DNA of 48,115 bases from a virus, in the IMG/VR virus record IMGVR_UViG_3300045988_165611, positions 1 through 48,115 of that record; one strand, 5' to 3'. Under the pieces are notes generated by a model. It was not told where the DNA came from, made no database searches, and was given only the letters and a program-made list of their open reading frames with translations. Below, one piece after another: positions 1 through 9,655 of this stretch (positions are counted from its first letter, which is position 1; the number at the start of each line of letters is the position of its first letter). Both the position numbers and the translations under genes were made by a program.

Positions 1-40
1 AAAGTGTTCAGGATTTTTTATTTTCGGTGCGAAGATAGTG
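1..40 (+). promoter_or_regulatory. Conserved intergenic motif, copy A (same sequence as 47997-48036)
   Basis: AAAGTGTTCAGGATTT-N10-GTGCGAAGATAGTG aligns without gaps to the copies at 2999-3038 and 18780-18819. Confidence 0.6.
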
Positions 41-119
41 TAAAGCCCCGCGATGTTAGAGCGTCCGGGGCACGACAGATACCTGACTTGTGAGGCGTAT
101 CCATGCACCGAATTTTACC
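1..119. repeat. Terminal exact direct repeat, copy 1 (identical to 47997-48115)
   Basis: Read directly. The first 119 bases equal the last 119 bases of the window, giving a 47,996-bp unit. Confidence 0.95.
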
Positions 120-139
120 AGAGCCAAAGGACATAACAA

Positions 140-589
140 TTGCTTGAGATTCGTGAATTAACCTACCAAGAGCTTGAGCAGTGTCCCGGCTTTCTCGATG
201 TGGCAACGGAGTACCAGCAAGAGACGCAGAACATGGCCATCGGTAACCCCAGTGTGCAGCTCGAACGGTATCGGGAGCTTGACAAACTCGGAAGAATCAA
301 GTGCCTCGGGGCTTTCGACGGTAAGACTTTAGTCGGCTTAGTCGGCGTGATGTTTGCCCGCAGTCAGCACTATGCGTTCCCGATTGCTTCGATGGAGTCG
401 TTTTATCTGCGAAAGGACTATCGCAAGGGTACAAATGGCTTGCGACTTATCAACGCGGTAAAGGACTTGGTGAGGCGAGAAGGAGCGCCCGGCTTGGTCT
501 TTATGGCGCCTCCCGGTTCAACTTATGACGCGTTGTGCGAGAAGCTCGGTATGGCGCACACACATAACGCTTGGTGGTGCAAGGTATGA
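140..589 (+). CDS. GNAT-family N-acetyltransferase-like protein
   Basis: 149-aa ORF with a TTG start. The segment FYLRKDYRKGTNGLRLINAV resembles the GNAT acetyl-CoA loop (R/Q-x-x-G-x-G/A). It is the first gene after the terminase terminator. Confidence 0.5.
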   Translation: MLEIRELTYQELEQCPGFLDVATEYQQETQNMAIGNPSVQLERYRELDKLGRIKCLGAFDGKTLVGLVGVMFARSQHYAFPIASMESFYLRKDYRKGTNGLRLINAVKDLVRREGAPGLVFMAPPGSTYDALCEKLGMAHTHNAWWCKV

Positions 590-1032
590 AACTTGTTGCA
601 GCGAAAAATTCGATTCCTGCGTGCTCCGAAGCGAGTAAGGAAATCTTTTCTCGGGCCATCGAGCGCTTTAAGGAGTTGCCGCAAACAGATGTACGAACAG
701 AGCATCACTTACATGCCGGTGTCTACTCACGAACCATCTTCATACCGAAAGGCACACTGATTATCGGTGTAGAGATGCAATGTGCCACGCAGTTGGTGCA
801 GTACGGCCACGGGTTCTTTACGGACGGTAACGGCACTAAGGAGATGCACGGATACCTCGTCATGGAGGGCCTTCCTCATCGACAGTGCGCATTCCTTGCC
901 ACGGAAGACACGTGGGCCACGATGTTCTTTGCGACGAAAGCAAAGACGGTTGAAGAGGCCGAGAGAGAGTTTTGTAGTGATCCGGCTCAGTTACTAACAA
1001 ACCGAAAGGAGAAGAAAATATGTCAGGGGTAG
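586..1032 (+). CDS. Hypothetical protein
   Basis: The ATG at 586 overlaps the upstream stop (ATGA) and is in frame with track ORF 571-1032. No motif recognised. Confidence 0.5.
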   Translation: MKLVAAKNSIPACSEASKEIFSRAIERFKELPQTDVRTEHHLHAGVYSRTIFIPKGTLIIGVEMQCATQLVQYGHGFFTDGNGTKEMHGYLVMEGLPHRQCAFLATEDTWATMFFATKAKTVEEAEREFCSDPAQLLTNRKEKKICQG

Positions 1033-1325
1033 CAGTTGGAATCGCCGCGGTAGCAGTCGCCGGAGCCTCAATTTACTCTTCCGAAAAGCAATCGAGTGCA
1101 CAGAAGAAAGCAGCGCGCATGCAGGCCCAAACGGCGCGCGAACAGTTCAACCGCGACGAGCAGAACTTCAATCGCCAGAACCAAAGTAAGGTCGATATGG
1201 AATCTTTGCTCGCAGGCGAGAGCGCAGGCCTTATGGGTGATACCGGTGGGACAATGATTACGGGTCCCCAGGGCGTTGACCGTAACAAGATGAACCTCGG
1301 AAAGAGTTCGTTACTCGGAGGCTAG
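1020..1325 (+). CDS. Small protein with N-terminal hydrophobic segment and Q/R-rich helix (possibly virion-associated)
   Basis: Strong SD (AAGGAG) upstream. N-terminus is VAVGIAAVAVAGASIY. Lies directly upstream of the portal gene. Confidence 0.55.
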   Translation: MSGVAVGIAAVAVAGASIYSSEKQSSAQKKAARMQAQTAREQFNRDEQNFNRQNQSKVDMESLLAGESAGLMGDTGGTMITGPQGVDRNKMNLGKSSLLGG

Positions 1326-1327
1326 TT

Positions 1328-2995
1328 ATGCCGGAGAAGGACCTTCGCACACGGTGCATGTCCCGTTGGCAGGACTTGGACACTGAGTTCTCCAGTTGGC
1401 GTGACCATTATCGGGAAATCAGTAAGGTACTGCTTCCGCGTTCCGGTCGCTTTTTGCCGACGGAGAACAATCGCGGAGACCTTCAGCGGTACAACGACAT
1501 TTACGACAATACGGGTACGCGAGCCTTGCGCACCTTAGCCGGCGGCATGATGGCAGGCATGACAAGTCCTGCTCGCCCCTGGTTCAGGCTCACGACAATG
1601 AACCCGGAGCTCGATGAAGCCTATGCCGTCAAGGTGTGGATGGGCAAAGTCACGGCTCTTATGCAGATGATCTACAACAAGTCCAACATCTATCGGACGT
1701 TGCAGATGTCATATGAAGAGCTCGGGGCTTTCGGCACGAGCGCGGCAATCGTCCTTGATGACTACGAGAAGGTCATCCACTGCATGCCTTTGACCATCGG
1801 CGAGTACCGCATTGCAACGGGTCCCCGTGGGAACATTAATACGCTGTATCGGCAGTTCCGCATGACGGTGGCCGCGCTTACCGAGGAGTTCGGGTACGAA
1901 CACCTTTCTCGTCAAACGAAGCAAAGGTACGACAGCGGTAAGTTCGACGACTGGGTGACGGTTGTCAATGCAATCGAGCCTCGGGACTATCGGGACTTAC
2001 ATAAGCGCGATTCCAAGAACATGCCTTACCGGAGCGTGTACTTCGAGATGGGAACACGGGATGACGACGGAATCCTCAGAGAGACGGGCTTTCGACAATT
2101 TCCCGTGCTTGCCGCCCGTTGGTATGTGACAGGGGGCGATATCTATGGAACGTGTCCGGGCATGGAGGCTTTAGGCGACCTTCGCCAATTGCAACAGCAA
2201 TCGTTGGCCAAGTCTACGGCCATCGCCTTCCAAGCCAATCCGCCGGTGGTGTTGCCGGCAGATTTGAAGAACAACGGTGCCGATTTGCAACCGGGCGGAA
2301 GCATCTGGGCAGACAATCCGGCGCAGGCACAAATGGTGCGTTCTGCCTTTGATGTGAATTTGCGGTTGGACTACCTCACGCAAGACATGGCCGACGTGCG
2401 TCAGCGTATCGACCAGGCGTTTTACAAAGACATCTTCATGATGCTTGCCTCGGGCAAGGACCGCATGATGACGGCAACGGAAGTGGCCGAACGGCATGAA
2501 GAAAAGATGCTCATGCTCGGCCCTGTTCTTGAGCGACTTAACGCCGAGCTTTTAGATCCTCTGATTGCCCTGACCTTTGACCGGCTTGTGCAGGCGAACC
2601 TCTTGCCGCCTATTCCCGAGGAGTTGCAAGGGCAAGAGCTTAACGTTGAGTTTGTGTCCATTCTCGCTCAGGCACAGCGTGCGATTACGACCAATGCTAT
2701 TGACCGCTTTACGCAGAACCTAGGCGTGCTGGTGCAGTTCAAACCGGAAATTGCGGACAAGTTCAATTCTGATTATTGGGTTGACTATTACGCCGATGCC
2801 TTGGGCATCGACCCGCAACTCATCGTATCGAGCGACCAGGTGGCCTTAATCCGTCAGCAACGCGCTCAAGCGCAACAGCAACAGGCCCAGATGGAGCAGA
2901 TGCAACAGCTCTCCGAGATGAGTAAAAACCTTTCCGGACAGACGCCTAGTACGCCGTCAAACGCCGAGCTGATGAATCAGTTTTCCGGGTACTAG
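1328..2995 (+). CDS. Portal (head-tail connector) protein
   Basis: 555 aa, placed before the scaffold and capsid genes, with a Q-rich C-terminus. Size and order match podovirus connector genes. Confidence 0.75.
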   Translation: MPEKDLRTRCMSRWQDLDTEFSSWRDHYREISKVLLPRSGRFLPTENNRGDLQRYNDIYDNTGTRALRTLAGGMMAGMTSPARPWFRLTTMNPELDEAYAVKVWMGKVTALMQMIYNKSNIYRTLQMSYEELGAFGTSAAIVLDDYEKVIHCMPLTIGEYRIATGPRGNINTLYRQFRMTVAALTEEFGYEHLSRQTKQRYDSGKFDDWVTVVNAIEPRDYRDLHKRDSKNMPYRSVYFEMGTRDDDGILRETGFRQFPVLAARWYVTGGDIYGTCPGMEALGDLRQLQQQSLAKSTAIAFQANPPVVLPADLKNNGADLQPGGSIWADNPAQAQMVRSAFDVNLRLDYLTQDMADVRQRIDQAFYKDIFMMLASGKDRMMTATEVAERHEEKMLMLGPVLERLNAELLDPLIALTFDRLVQANLLPPIPEELQGQELNVEFVSILAQAQRAITTNAIDRFTQNLGVLVQFKPEIADKFNSDYWVDYYADALGIDPQLIVSSDQVALIRQQRAQAQQQQAQMEQMQQLSEMSKNLSGQTPSTPSNAELMNQFSGY

Positions 2996-2998
2996 CCG

Positions 2999-3038
2999 AA
3001 AGCGTTCAAGATTTAAAAAAAAGAGTGGGAAGATTGTG
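2999..3038 (+). promoter_or_regulatory. Conserved intergenic motif, copy B
   Basis: AAAGCGTTCAAGATTT-N10-GTGGGAAGATTGTG lies between the portal stop (2995) and the next ATG (3041). Confidence 0.6.
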
Positions 3039-3040
3039 CT

Positions 3041-3379
3041 ATGGACAACCTAAAAGAACTTCTCTTACGTCGCACGAAGCAGGGAGAGTCTGTCGGTGTA
3101 GAGCGCCAAGATAAGAGTGCCGAGGCAGACGAAGACTTGCTTTGGTTGGCCAAGCAGCCGAGAGGGCAGCGCTTCTTAAAGCGCTTGTTCCGGATCACGT
3201 GCTTCATGGACAACACACTTGAGACGTTGCGCACCGACGAGGTTCACATGCCTTATCGGTTGATGTACATGGAAGGTCTTCGGTCCGTTGGCTACAGAAT
3301 CTACAAGGACCTTAAACGAGTCGCTCCGGATATCTGTGGGAAAGTGTTAATCGAGCCTGAGGAGAAAGCTCATGTATGA
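3041..3379 (+). CDS. Hypothetical head-module protein
   Basis: 112-aa ORF between portal and scaffold. It overlaps the scaffold start. Confidence 0.5.
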   Translation: MDNLKELLLRRTKQGESVGVERQDKSAEADEDLLWLAKQPRGQRFLKRLFRITCFMDNTLETLRTDEVHMPYRLMYMEGLRSVGYRIYKDLKRVAPDICGKVLIEPEEKAHV

Positions 3380-4061
3380 TTTGAATAACCAAGGCGGCGC
3401 ACAGGCGCCTGTACAAGAACCCCAAACACAGGGGGCACAGAACCCCGCTGTGTCTCCTAATCCGGCAGAGCCGGCAACGACGCCTCCGTCCACAGCGGGG
3501 ATTGAAGACCCGATGGCGGCGGCCGCGCAAGCGCAACCGCAGGGCGTCGAGGACCCGATGGCCGCTGCTGCGAAGGCGCAGGCCGGTGGAGCACAGCAAG
3601 AGCCCACAGGAGCGCCTGAGAAGTATGAGGCCTTCAAGATGGGCGACAGCACGCTTTCGGAAGAGACGACGGCAGCGTTTGCTGAAATTGCAAAGAAACA
3701 TAACCTGAGTCAGGAAGATGCTCAGGAGTTTGTAAACACCTTTGCTCCTGCTATCCAAGCTCAAGTGCGCGGATACCAGCAGCAGTGGTTGGAAGCTTGC
3801 CGAACCGATAAAGAATTGGGCGGTGAGCACTTTAATGAGAACATGGCCGTCGCCGGTGCCGGGTATCGTGCCTATGCCGACGAGGACCTTCGGGCCGTTA
3901 TTCAAGCGAGCGGCTTGAGCCGGCACCCGGCAGTGGTGCGGCACTTCTATCGCTTAGGGAAGAACCTACAGCAGGACAAGGGTGTAGCCGGCGGTGCCTC
4001 TGCTCCCGCGCCTGTTCGTCAGTTGTACCCGAATTCCGGAATGCTTCCGGACTTGAAGTAA
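3372..4061 (+). CDS. Scaffolding protein
   Basis: 229 aa immediately upstream of the capsid gene. Has an A/Q/P-rich low-complexity N-half with the tandem repeat (I/V)EDPMAAAA(Q/K)AQ and a helical C-half. Confidence 0.7.
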   Translation: MYDLNNQGGAQAPVQEPQTQGAQNPAVSPNPAEPATTPPSTAGIEDPMAAAAQAQPQGVEDPMAAAAKAQAGGAQQEPTGAPEKYEAFKMGDSTLSEETTAAFAEIAKKHNLSQEDAQEFVNTFAPAIQAQVRGYQQQWLEACRTDKELGGEHFNENMAVAGAGYRAYADEDLRAVIQASGLSRHPAVVRHFYRLGKNLQQDKGVAGGASAPAPVRQLYPNSGMLPDLK

Positions 4062-4073
4062 GGAGCCTTTTGT

Positions 4074-5099
4074 ATGGCAGTAATTTCTACTCTTTACCCC
4101 ACGCTTGCAGATATTGTTTCGCGTGCGGATGCGAGCGGCCGCATTGATACGTCCATTGTCGAGATGCTGACAGAAACCAACGAAATGTTGGATGACATGG
4201 TGTTCTTGCCGGCCAACGGTGTAACCGAGCACGTCACGACGGTGCGCGTCGGCTTGCCGAGCGCCACATGGCGCAAGCTCAACTACGGCGTTAAGCCGAG
4301 TAAATCTAAGACCAAGAAGATTAAAGATTCTCTTGGTTCGCTTGAAGCTCTGGCTCGGGTTGATAAAGCCCTTGTCGAGTTGAACGGAAACACGGAATCC
4401 TTCCGTCTCTCGGAAGAGTCCGCGTTTATCGAAGCAATGACACAGCAGATGCAGCAGGCGGTTATCTATGGTGATAGTTCCATCGATCCTGAGAAATTCA
4501 TGGGCTTACAGGCGCGGTTTAATGACAAGTCGGCTGAAACCGCCGCTAACGTTATTGATGCCGGCGGTACGACTGCACGTTCCGGAAAACTCGCCTCCAT
4601 GTATCTCGTTTGCTGGGGACCGCGTACGGTCTTCGGTCTGTATCCGAAGGGTTCGACAGCGGGCCTCTCGATGCGCGACCTCGGCGAAGAGCCGGCGCTC
4701 GATGATGACGGCGGCGAATACCGAGTCCTCAAAACCCACTACAAGTGGAACATGGGCCTGTGTGTGCGCGATTGGCGTTACATCGTCCGTATCGCGAACA
4801 TCGACCTTGAGAATCTGAAGATCAAACCGGATCCCGATAAGGAGGATACGGATGGCAAGGTGCTCATCGACCTGATGACGGAAGCCTTGGAGAAGATTCC
4901 GCATCCGACAGGCCGTATGGCTTTCTACTGCAACAAGGACGTTCGCACGTTCCTGCGTAAGCAGATTCGCTACGCCGCTAACGTGAACATCACGATGAGC
5001 GAAGTCGCGGGCAAGGAAGTCGTGTCGTTCGACGGTGTGCCGGTTCGCCGTGTTGATGCTCTCGCCAATACCGAGAAGCGCTACACGCCCCCGTCTTAA
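4074..5099 (+). CDS. Major capsid protein
   Basis: 341 aa with a strong SD, positioned after the scaffold. Size and sequence style fit HK97-fold capsid proteins. Confidence 0.8.
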   Translation: MAVISTLYPTLADIVSRADASGRIDTSIVEMLTETNEMLDDMVFLPANGVTEHVTTVRVGLPSATWRKLNYGVKPSKSKTKKIKDSLGSLEALARVDKALVELNGNTESFRLSEESAFIEAMTQQMQQAVIYGDSSIDPEKFMGLQARFNDKSAETAANVIDAGGTTARSGKLASMYLVCWGPRTVFGLYPKGSTAGLSMRDLGEEPALDDDGGEYRVLKTHYKWNMGLCVRDWRYIVRIANIDLENLKIKPDPDKEDTDGKVLIDLMTEALEKIPHPTGRMAFYCNKDVRTFLRKQIRYAANVNITMSEVAGKEVVSFDGVPVRRVDALANTEKRYTPPS

Positions 5100-5118
5100 T
5101 CATTAAAGGAGATGTTTC

Positions 5119-5544
5119 ATGATTATTGATAAGGCTTTGGAATTGGCAGACAAGCAGTCGCTTACGGCGGCCGCGGCCTCTACCAACACGATTGACTTCG
5201 GTGCGGATAAACCCGATCCTAATCTGGATTTCGGTAACGGTCGTCTGGCGTGTGTTTTCACGGTCAATACCGACGTCACCGGTGACGTTATCTTCAAGCT
5301 CCAGGACTCTGCTGACGGCACGACGTTCGCCGATATCTCGGCGACGTCTCCCGGTACGTTTAAGAGTCCGAAGGCAGGCACGAAGGTTGTCCTTCCCATT
5401 CCGGCGCACATTCGTCGGTATCTGCGTGCGAACTTCGCTGCGGATACGGCGACGAGCGCTACGGCTATCAGCGCCGGCAAGGTCAGCGCTCACGTGGTCT
5501 GGGGCTGGGATGACAACATCCCGCCCAAGGGCAATCCGCTCTAA
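5119..5544 (+). CDS. Small head protein (decoration/cement candidate)
   Basis: 141 aa, directly after the capsid gene with SD AAAGGAG. T/A/D-rich and beta-rich. Position resembles the cement or staple proteins of epsilon15/BPP-1-type heads (inference). Confidence 0.5.
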   Translation: MIIDKALELADKQSLTAAAASTNTIDFGADKPDPNLDFGNGRLACVFTVNTDVTGDVIFKLQDSADGTTFADISATSPGTFKSPKAGTKVVLPIPAHIRRYLRANFAADTATSATAISAGKVSAHVVWGWDDNIPPKGNPL

Positions 5545-5573
5545 GGGAGCACCCCCTTAGACGTACTGTAGCC

Positions 5574-5604
5574 AGGGGATGCTCCGACGGGGTGTCCCCT
5601 TTTT
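5574..5604 (+). terminator. Intrinsic terminator/attenuator after the head genes
   Basis: The stem AGGGGAT...GTCCCCT (5574-5600), with inner pairs, is followed by a T run at 5600-5604. Confidence 0.65.
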
Positions 5605-5620
5605 CGCAATAGGAGAGAAC

Positions 5621-6229
5621 ATGGAGCTTGTATCGATTTACAACCTAGCGCTTTCGCATATCGGCGAAACAGCGGCAACGACTTCGCCTGACGAGCAGAG
5701 CGAGGAACGGAAAGCCTGCGAAGCTTTCTATCCTATTGCGAAAAATAAGTTACTTGAACTGCACGACTGGAGTTTTGCTTCGCGCACGGAGCCTTTGGCA
5801 AAACTTGCTGAAACGGAAACGTTCGGTTGGGGCGGAGCCTATGCGCTTCCGGCCAACTGTCTTCGCTTGCAGTTCTTGCGGGATGCAACGCGCATGCGTC
5901 CGTCTTTGTACTTTCCGATTGACCGAGATTACGAGGTCCGAGCCAAGGGCACAGGGCGCATTCTTTATACGGACTGTGAGAACCCGGTCGTAGGCTTTAT
6001 CGCCGGCGACACGCCTGAGGCGCTCTTTTCACCGTCTTTTTCAGACGCCTTGGCGTGGTTGCTGGCGACCTACATTGCAGGTGAGCGCATCAAGGGCAAA
6101 GAAGGCGCAAGCTTTGCGCAGACTTGCCAGCAGCGCTACTTGCAAGCGCTGACACAGGCTAAGACCTTGGATGCCTCGATGATGCAAGTGCATATGCCGT
6201 ACAAAGCACCGTGGATGAGGGCACGCTAA
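5621..6229 (+). CDS. Head-tail adaptor / tail tubular protein A-like
   Basis: The ATG at 5621 is preceded by AGGAGAG, while the track start 5579 lies inside the terminator. Gene order (capsid, this gene, then the large tail gene) matches T7/epsilon15-type modules. Confidence 0.45.
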   Translation: MELVSIYNLALSHIGETAATTSPDEQSEERKACEAFYPIAKNKLLELHDWSFASRTEPLAKLAETETFGWGGAYALPANCLRLQFLRDATRMRPSLYFPIDRDYEVRAKGTGRILYTDCENPVVGFIAGDTPEALFSPSFSDALAWLLATYIAGERIKGKEGASFAQTCQQRYLQALTQAKTLDASMMQVHMPYKAPWMRAR

Positions 6230-8931
6230 TGGCTGTTCGTGTTTTACAAAATGCGTTTAACGGCGGAGAAGTCGCGCCGTACCTATACGGGCGTATCGAC
6301 GACTCGAAGTTCCAGATGGGTTGCGCAACGCTCAAGAACTTTATCTGCCGAGTGCAAGGGCCGGCAGTGCGCCGTACAGGTTTTGCGTTTGTGGAGCAAA
6401 CGAAATACGGCGACCGAAAAGTTCGTCTGATTCCGTTTCGGTTTAACTCCGACCAAACGTGTGTTATCGAGCTCGGCGACCACTATGCACGCTTTCACTC
6501 GTACGGACTGACGGTGTATCGAAACGGCGCCATTCACGAAATTACAACGCCCTACGATGCCACTGACTTAGACGAGATTGAATATGCGCAGTCGGCAGAC
6601 GTAATTACTTTGGTGCATACGAAGTATCCGCCGCAGGCATTGGCGCGTCATTCGGATGCAACCGGCGTTTACTTTACGATAACGCCGATTCAGTTTTCGA
6701 TACCCATTGCCTCCCCGACAAATGTGACGGCTACGAACACGTACACCGGCAAAACCGGGGAGGGTATTAACCCGACTCGCTACAAGGTCTATTACGTTGT
6801 TACGGCGCTCAAAGACACGAACGACGGAACGATTGAATCGACGGCAAGTACAAAGGCCGAGGTCCTTTGCAATCTGTTCTTGAACGATTCCTCGAACACG
6901 ATCACGTGGACAGCGGTACCCGATGCGGACCGCTACCGTGTGTACAAGACGTATTCCGGTCTTTACGGTTATATCGGCGAGACAGAGACCACAAGCTTTG
7001 TTGACAACAACAAAGAGGCCGATGACGGCATTACTCCGCCCAGGTGGGACGACATTTTTAACCAAGCGAGCGGTATTACGTCCGTCACGGTGACAAACGG
7101 CGGCTCCGGTTACTCAACGCTCGACGGAGGCCTGGCAACGCTTACGGGGCTGAACATTGTGATGCACTACAACAATAAAGGCGGCTACAGTCCGCCGAGT
7201 GCTCCTAAGTTCGAGATTTACGATGAGAAGCAGCTTGGCTATGGCGCAAAAGGAACCGTTGTCTACACGACGACGCACGATACATATGATGATGTGGACG
7301 GAGAAACGGTCACAGATTACTGGATCACTATTGACGGCATTCGCATAACGGCTCCCGGCACCGGCTACAGTAAGCCGAAAGTGCGTATAGAGACACGGCG
7401 CAAGGGAACCGGATGGACTTCCTTTCAGGACGCATGGCTTATCCTGAGTGGAAAAGATACTTGGTCAACCTTCGACATGCCGTTCGCCTCCGGAATCCCG
7501 TCGGTCGGCATTGTCGACCCGACAGGTTCAGGTGCAGAGCTCAAAGCCATTGTTGCCGCTAACGGTACGGTTAGTGGTGTTCGCATTATCCGCGCCGGTG
7601 CCGGCTACACAAGCCCTACTGTGGTCATTAGCACGGCGCAGGGCAACGGAAGCGGTGCCACAGCTACTGCAGAAGCCGGCAAGGCAGGGGACTACCCGGG
7701 TGCCGTCGGGTACTTTGACCAGCGCAAGATTTATGCGGGAACGGTACTGCGTCCCCGCATGATGTGGCTATCGAGCCCGGGGACGGAGACGGACTTTTCG
7801 TATCGCATTCCTGTACAGGACTCCGACCGCATTAAATTCAACGTGGCGGCGCAGGAAGCAGGGCGCATTAACCACCTGATTCCGTTAAGCCAACTCATCA
7901 CGACAACGCCGAGCACCGAGTTGCGTGTGCAGTCGGTTAACTCCGACGCCTTGTCGCCCACGTCGTTTTCCGTCAAACCCCAAGCGTATGTGGGCGCAAG
8001 TCAGGTACATCCGCAGGTGCTTAACTCCGTGATGCTGTATGTAGCCGAGCGCGGCTCCCATATTCGTGAGTTGGGGTACTCGAACCAGGCAGGGGGCTTT
8101 ACAACAGGCGACTTGTCCGTGCGTGCAACGCATCTATTTGATAGCGACAAGGTTATCGATATCGCCCTGGCGAAGGCCCCTGATCAGATTCTTTGGGCGG
8201 TCACTCGTTCCGGGCGCTTGCTCGGGATGACCTACATGCCTGATCAGAACGTGGCAGGTTGGCACCGGCACGAGACAGACGGGACGTTCGAGTCCATCTG
8301 CGTTGTGCCGGAAGGCGATGAGGATATCCTTTATGCCGTCATCCGTCGCACGATTAACGGCTCTGCTGTCCGTTACATCGAGCGCATGTCCGAGCGGGCC
8401 TTGGCTCCCCTTGAGGACTCGTTCTTTGTCGATTGCGGAATCAAGAAGACCTTCGAGACGGAGACAACGGCCATTACGGGGCTGCTCCCCGTGGCAGGCA
8501 AGACCGTCTCTATCCTCGCCGACGGCGGTGTGTTGCCGAATCAGACAGTAAGTGCCACAGGCACCCTGACGCTTCCTGTCGGCGCCAAGAAGGTCATTAT
8601 CGGTTTGCCCTACGTGTCCGACCTGCAGACGCTTCCTGCTGCATACCAAGCACAGGACGGCTCGTACGCCCGTGGGCACATCAAGAACATCAACAAAGTG
8701 TGGGTTCGTGTGTATCGGTCAAGCGGTATTTTCGCCGGTCCCACATTCGAGTCGTTAAGCGAGCGCAAGCCGCGTCAGAACGAGGCATACGCAACCGCAC
8801 CTGAATTGACAAGTGACGAGGTGGAGTTGGCGATTACGCCCGCATGGCAACGCAACGGACAGCTTTGCATCAGGCAGACGTATCCGCTTCCGCTTATTGT
8901 CGTCGGAATAACGGCGGACTTCGCACAGTAA
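6229..8931 (+). CDS. Large tail hub / tail tubular protein B-like structural protein
   Basis: A TAATG stop-start overlap at 6229 is favoured over the track start 6211. About 900 aa. The N-terminus LQNAFNGGEVAPYLYGRID..LKNF is typical of podovirus tail hub (stabilisation) proteins as I recall them. Confidence 0.6.
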   Translation: MAVRVLQNAFNGGEVAPYLYGRIDDSKFQMGCATLKNFICRVQGPAVRRTGFAFVEQTKYGDRKVRLIPFRFNSDQTCVIELGDHYARFHSYGLTVYRNGAIHEITTPYDATDLDEIEYAQSADVITLVHTKYPPQALARHSDATGVYFTITPIQFSIPIASPTNVTATNTYTGKTGEGINPTRYKVYYVVTALKDTNDGTIESTASTKAEVLCNLFLNDSSNTITWTAVPDADRYRVYKTYSGLYGYIGETETTSFVDNNKEADDGITPPRWDDIFNQASGITSVTVTNGGSGYSTLDGGLATLTGLNIVMHYNNKGGYSPPSAPKFEIYDEKQLGYGAKGTVVYTTTHDTYDDVDGETVTDYWITIDGIRITAPGTGYSKPKVRIETRRKGTGWTSFQDAWLILSGKDTWSTFDMPFASGIPSVGIVDPTGSGAELKAIVAANGTVSGVRIIRAGAGYTSPTVVISTAQGNGSGATATAEAGKAGDYPGAVGYFDQRKIYAGTVLRPRMMWLSSPGTETDFSYRIPVQDSDRIKFNVAAQEAGRINHLIPLSQLITTTPSTELRVQSVNSDALSPTSFSVKPQAYVGASQVHPQVLNSVMLYVAERGSHIRELGYSNQAGGFTTGDLSVRATHLFDSDKVIDIALAKAPDQILWAVTRSGRLLGMTYMPDQNVAGWHRHETDGTFESICVVPEGDEDILYAVIRRTINGSAVRYIERMSERALAPLEDSFFVDCGIKKTFETETTAITGLLPVAGKTVSILADGGVLPNQTVSATGTLTLPVGAKKVIIGLPYVSDLQTLPAAYQAQDGSYARGHIKNINKVWVRVYRSSGIFAGPTFESLSERKPRQNEAYATAPELTSDEVELAITPAWQRNGQLCIRQTYPLPLIVVGITADFAQ

Positions 8932-8941
8932 GGAGAACAAG

Positions 8942-9652
8942 ATGGCATTAACTTTCGGCGGCTCTCAAGTCATTCTTCCCAGCGGATTCTCCGGCTTGGG
9001 CACAGGAGGCACGGCGCTCCCGTTCGGTGGCTCCATGGTCACGATGTCGCCTGAGACGCTACAGGCTTGGGGGCTGAGTGCGCCGGGCACAACAGCCGTT
9101 GCAGGCGGCGGCAGTGCAGGTTCCGGCGGAGCAAGCGGAGGCATGCTCGGCAACATCGGTATTGGAGCCTCTATCGGCCAGGCTATCGGTGCGGCTGTCG
9201 GAGCGTTTATTAACGCCAAGGCAACAAGCTACGTACTTGAAAAACAGGCGGAGATAAACCGCATTAACCAAGGGCGTATGCAGTTAGGCTACGAGAGTGC
9301 CTTGCGCGCAGGCGAGTCTCAGATATCCAAGGTGACACGAGAGGCCGGGGCAATCAAGGCAAAGCAACGCACCGCGATGGCGGCCAACGGTGTGTCTCTC
9401 GGTCAGGGTTCGGCGGCCGAAGTTGCGGCCTCGACAGAAGTGAACAAGAAGCTTGACGTGAAGAACATCCAGGCGAACGCCTTGGCCAACTCGTGGGGCT
9501 ACTCCACACAGGCCGCACAGTACGGCATGCAAGCAAATATGCAAGTGATGGGCGCAGGCTATCAAAACGACACGGCAATTTCCCAAACAATTTCTTCTGG
9601 CTTGGAAGCTATCGGCACGGTTGCTGACCGCTGGTACTACTACAACAGGTGA
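8942..9652 (+). CDS. Internal virion / ejection protein (small)
   Basis: 236 aa with a Gly-rich N-half and an A/Q-rich helical C-half. First of three consecutive genes of increasing size after the tail hub. Confidence 0.5.
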   Translation: MALTFGGSQVILPSGFSGLGTGGTALPFGGSMVTMSPETLQAWGLSAPGTTAVAGGGSAGSGGASGGMLGNIGIGASIGQAIGAAVGAFINAKATSYVLEKQAEINRINQGRMQLGYESALRAGESQISKVTREAGAIKAKQRTAMAANGVSLGQGSAAEVAASTEVNKKLDVKNIQANALANSWGYSTQAAQYGMQANMQVMGAGYQNDTAISQTISSGLEAIGTVADRWYYYNR

Positions 9653-9655
9653 TAT

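Noticed and set aside
3312-3944. Long antisense ORFs in the track (for example 3312-3944, 8134-8679, 10949-11764, 13097-13669 and 45742-46419 on the minus strand; 33520-34272 and 32611-33141 on the plus strand)
   Set aside because: They lie fully antisense to, or out of frame with, genes that have clear motifs. Their R/C/S/P-rich products are typical of GC-rich shadow frames, and they lack SD sequences.
5126-5560. Alternative-frame ORF (144 aa) overlapping the cement-like gene
   Set aside because: It gives an Arg-rich shadow-frame product and has no SD. The in-frame gene 5119-5544 has a strong SD and a protein-like composition.
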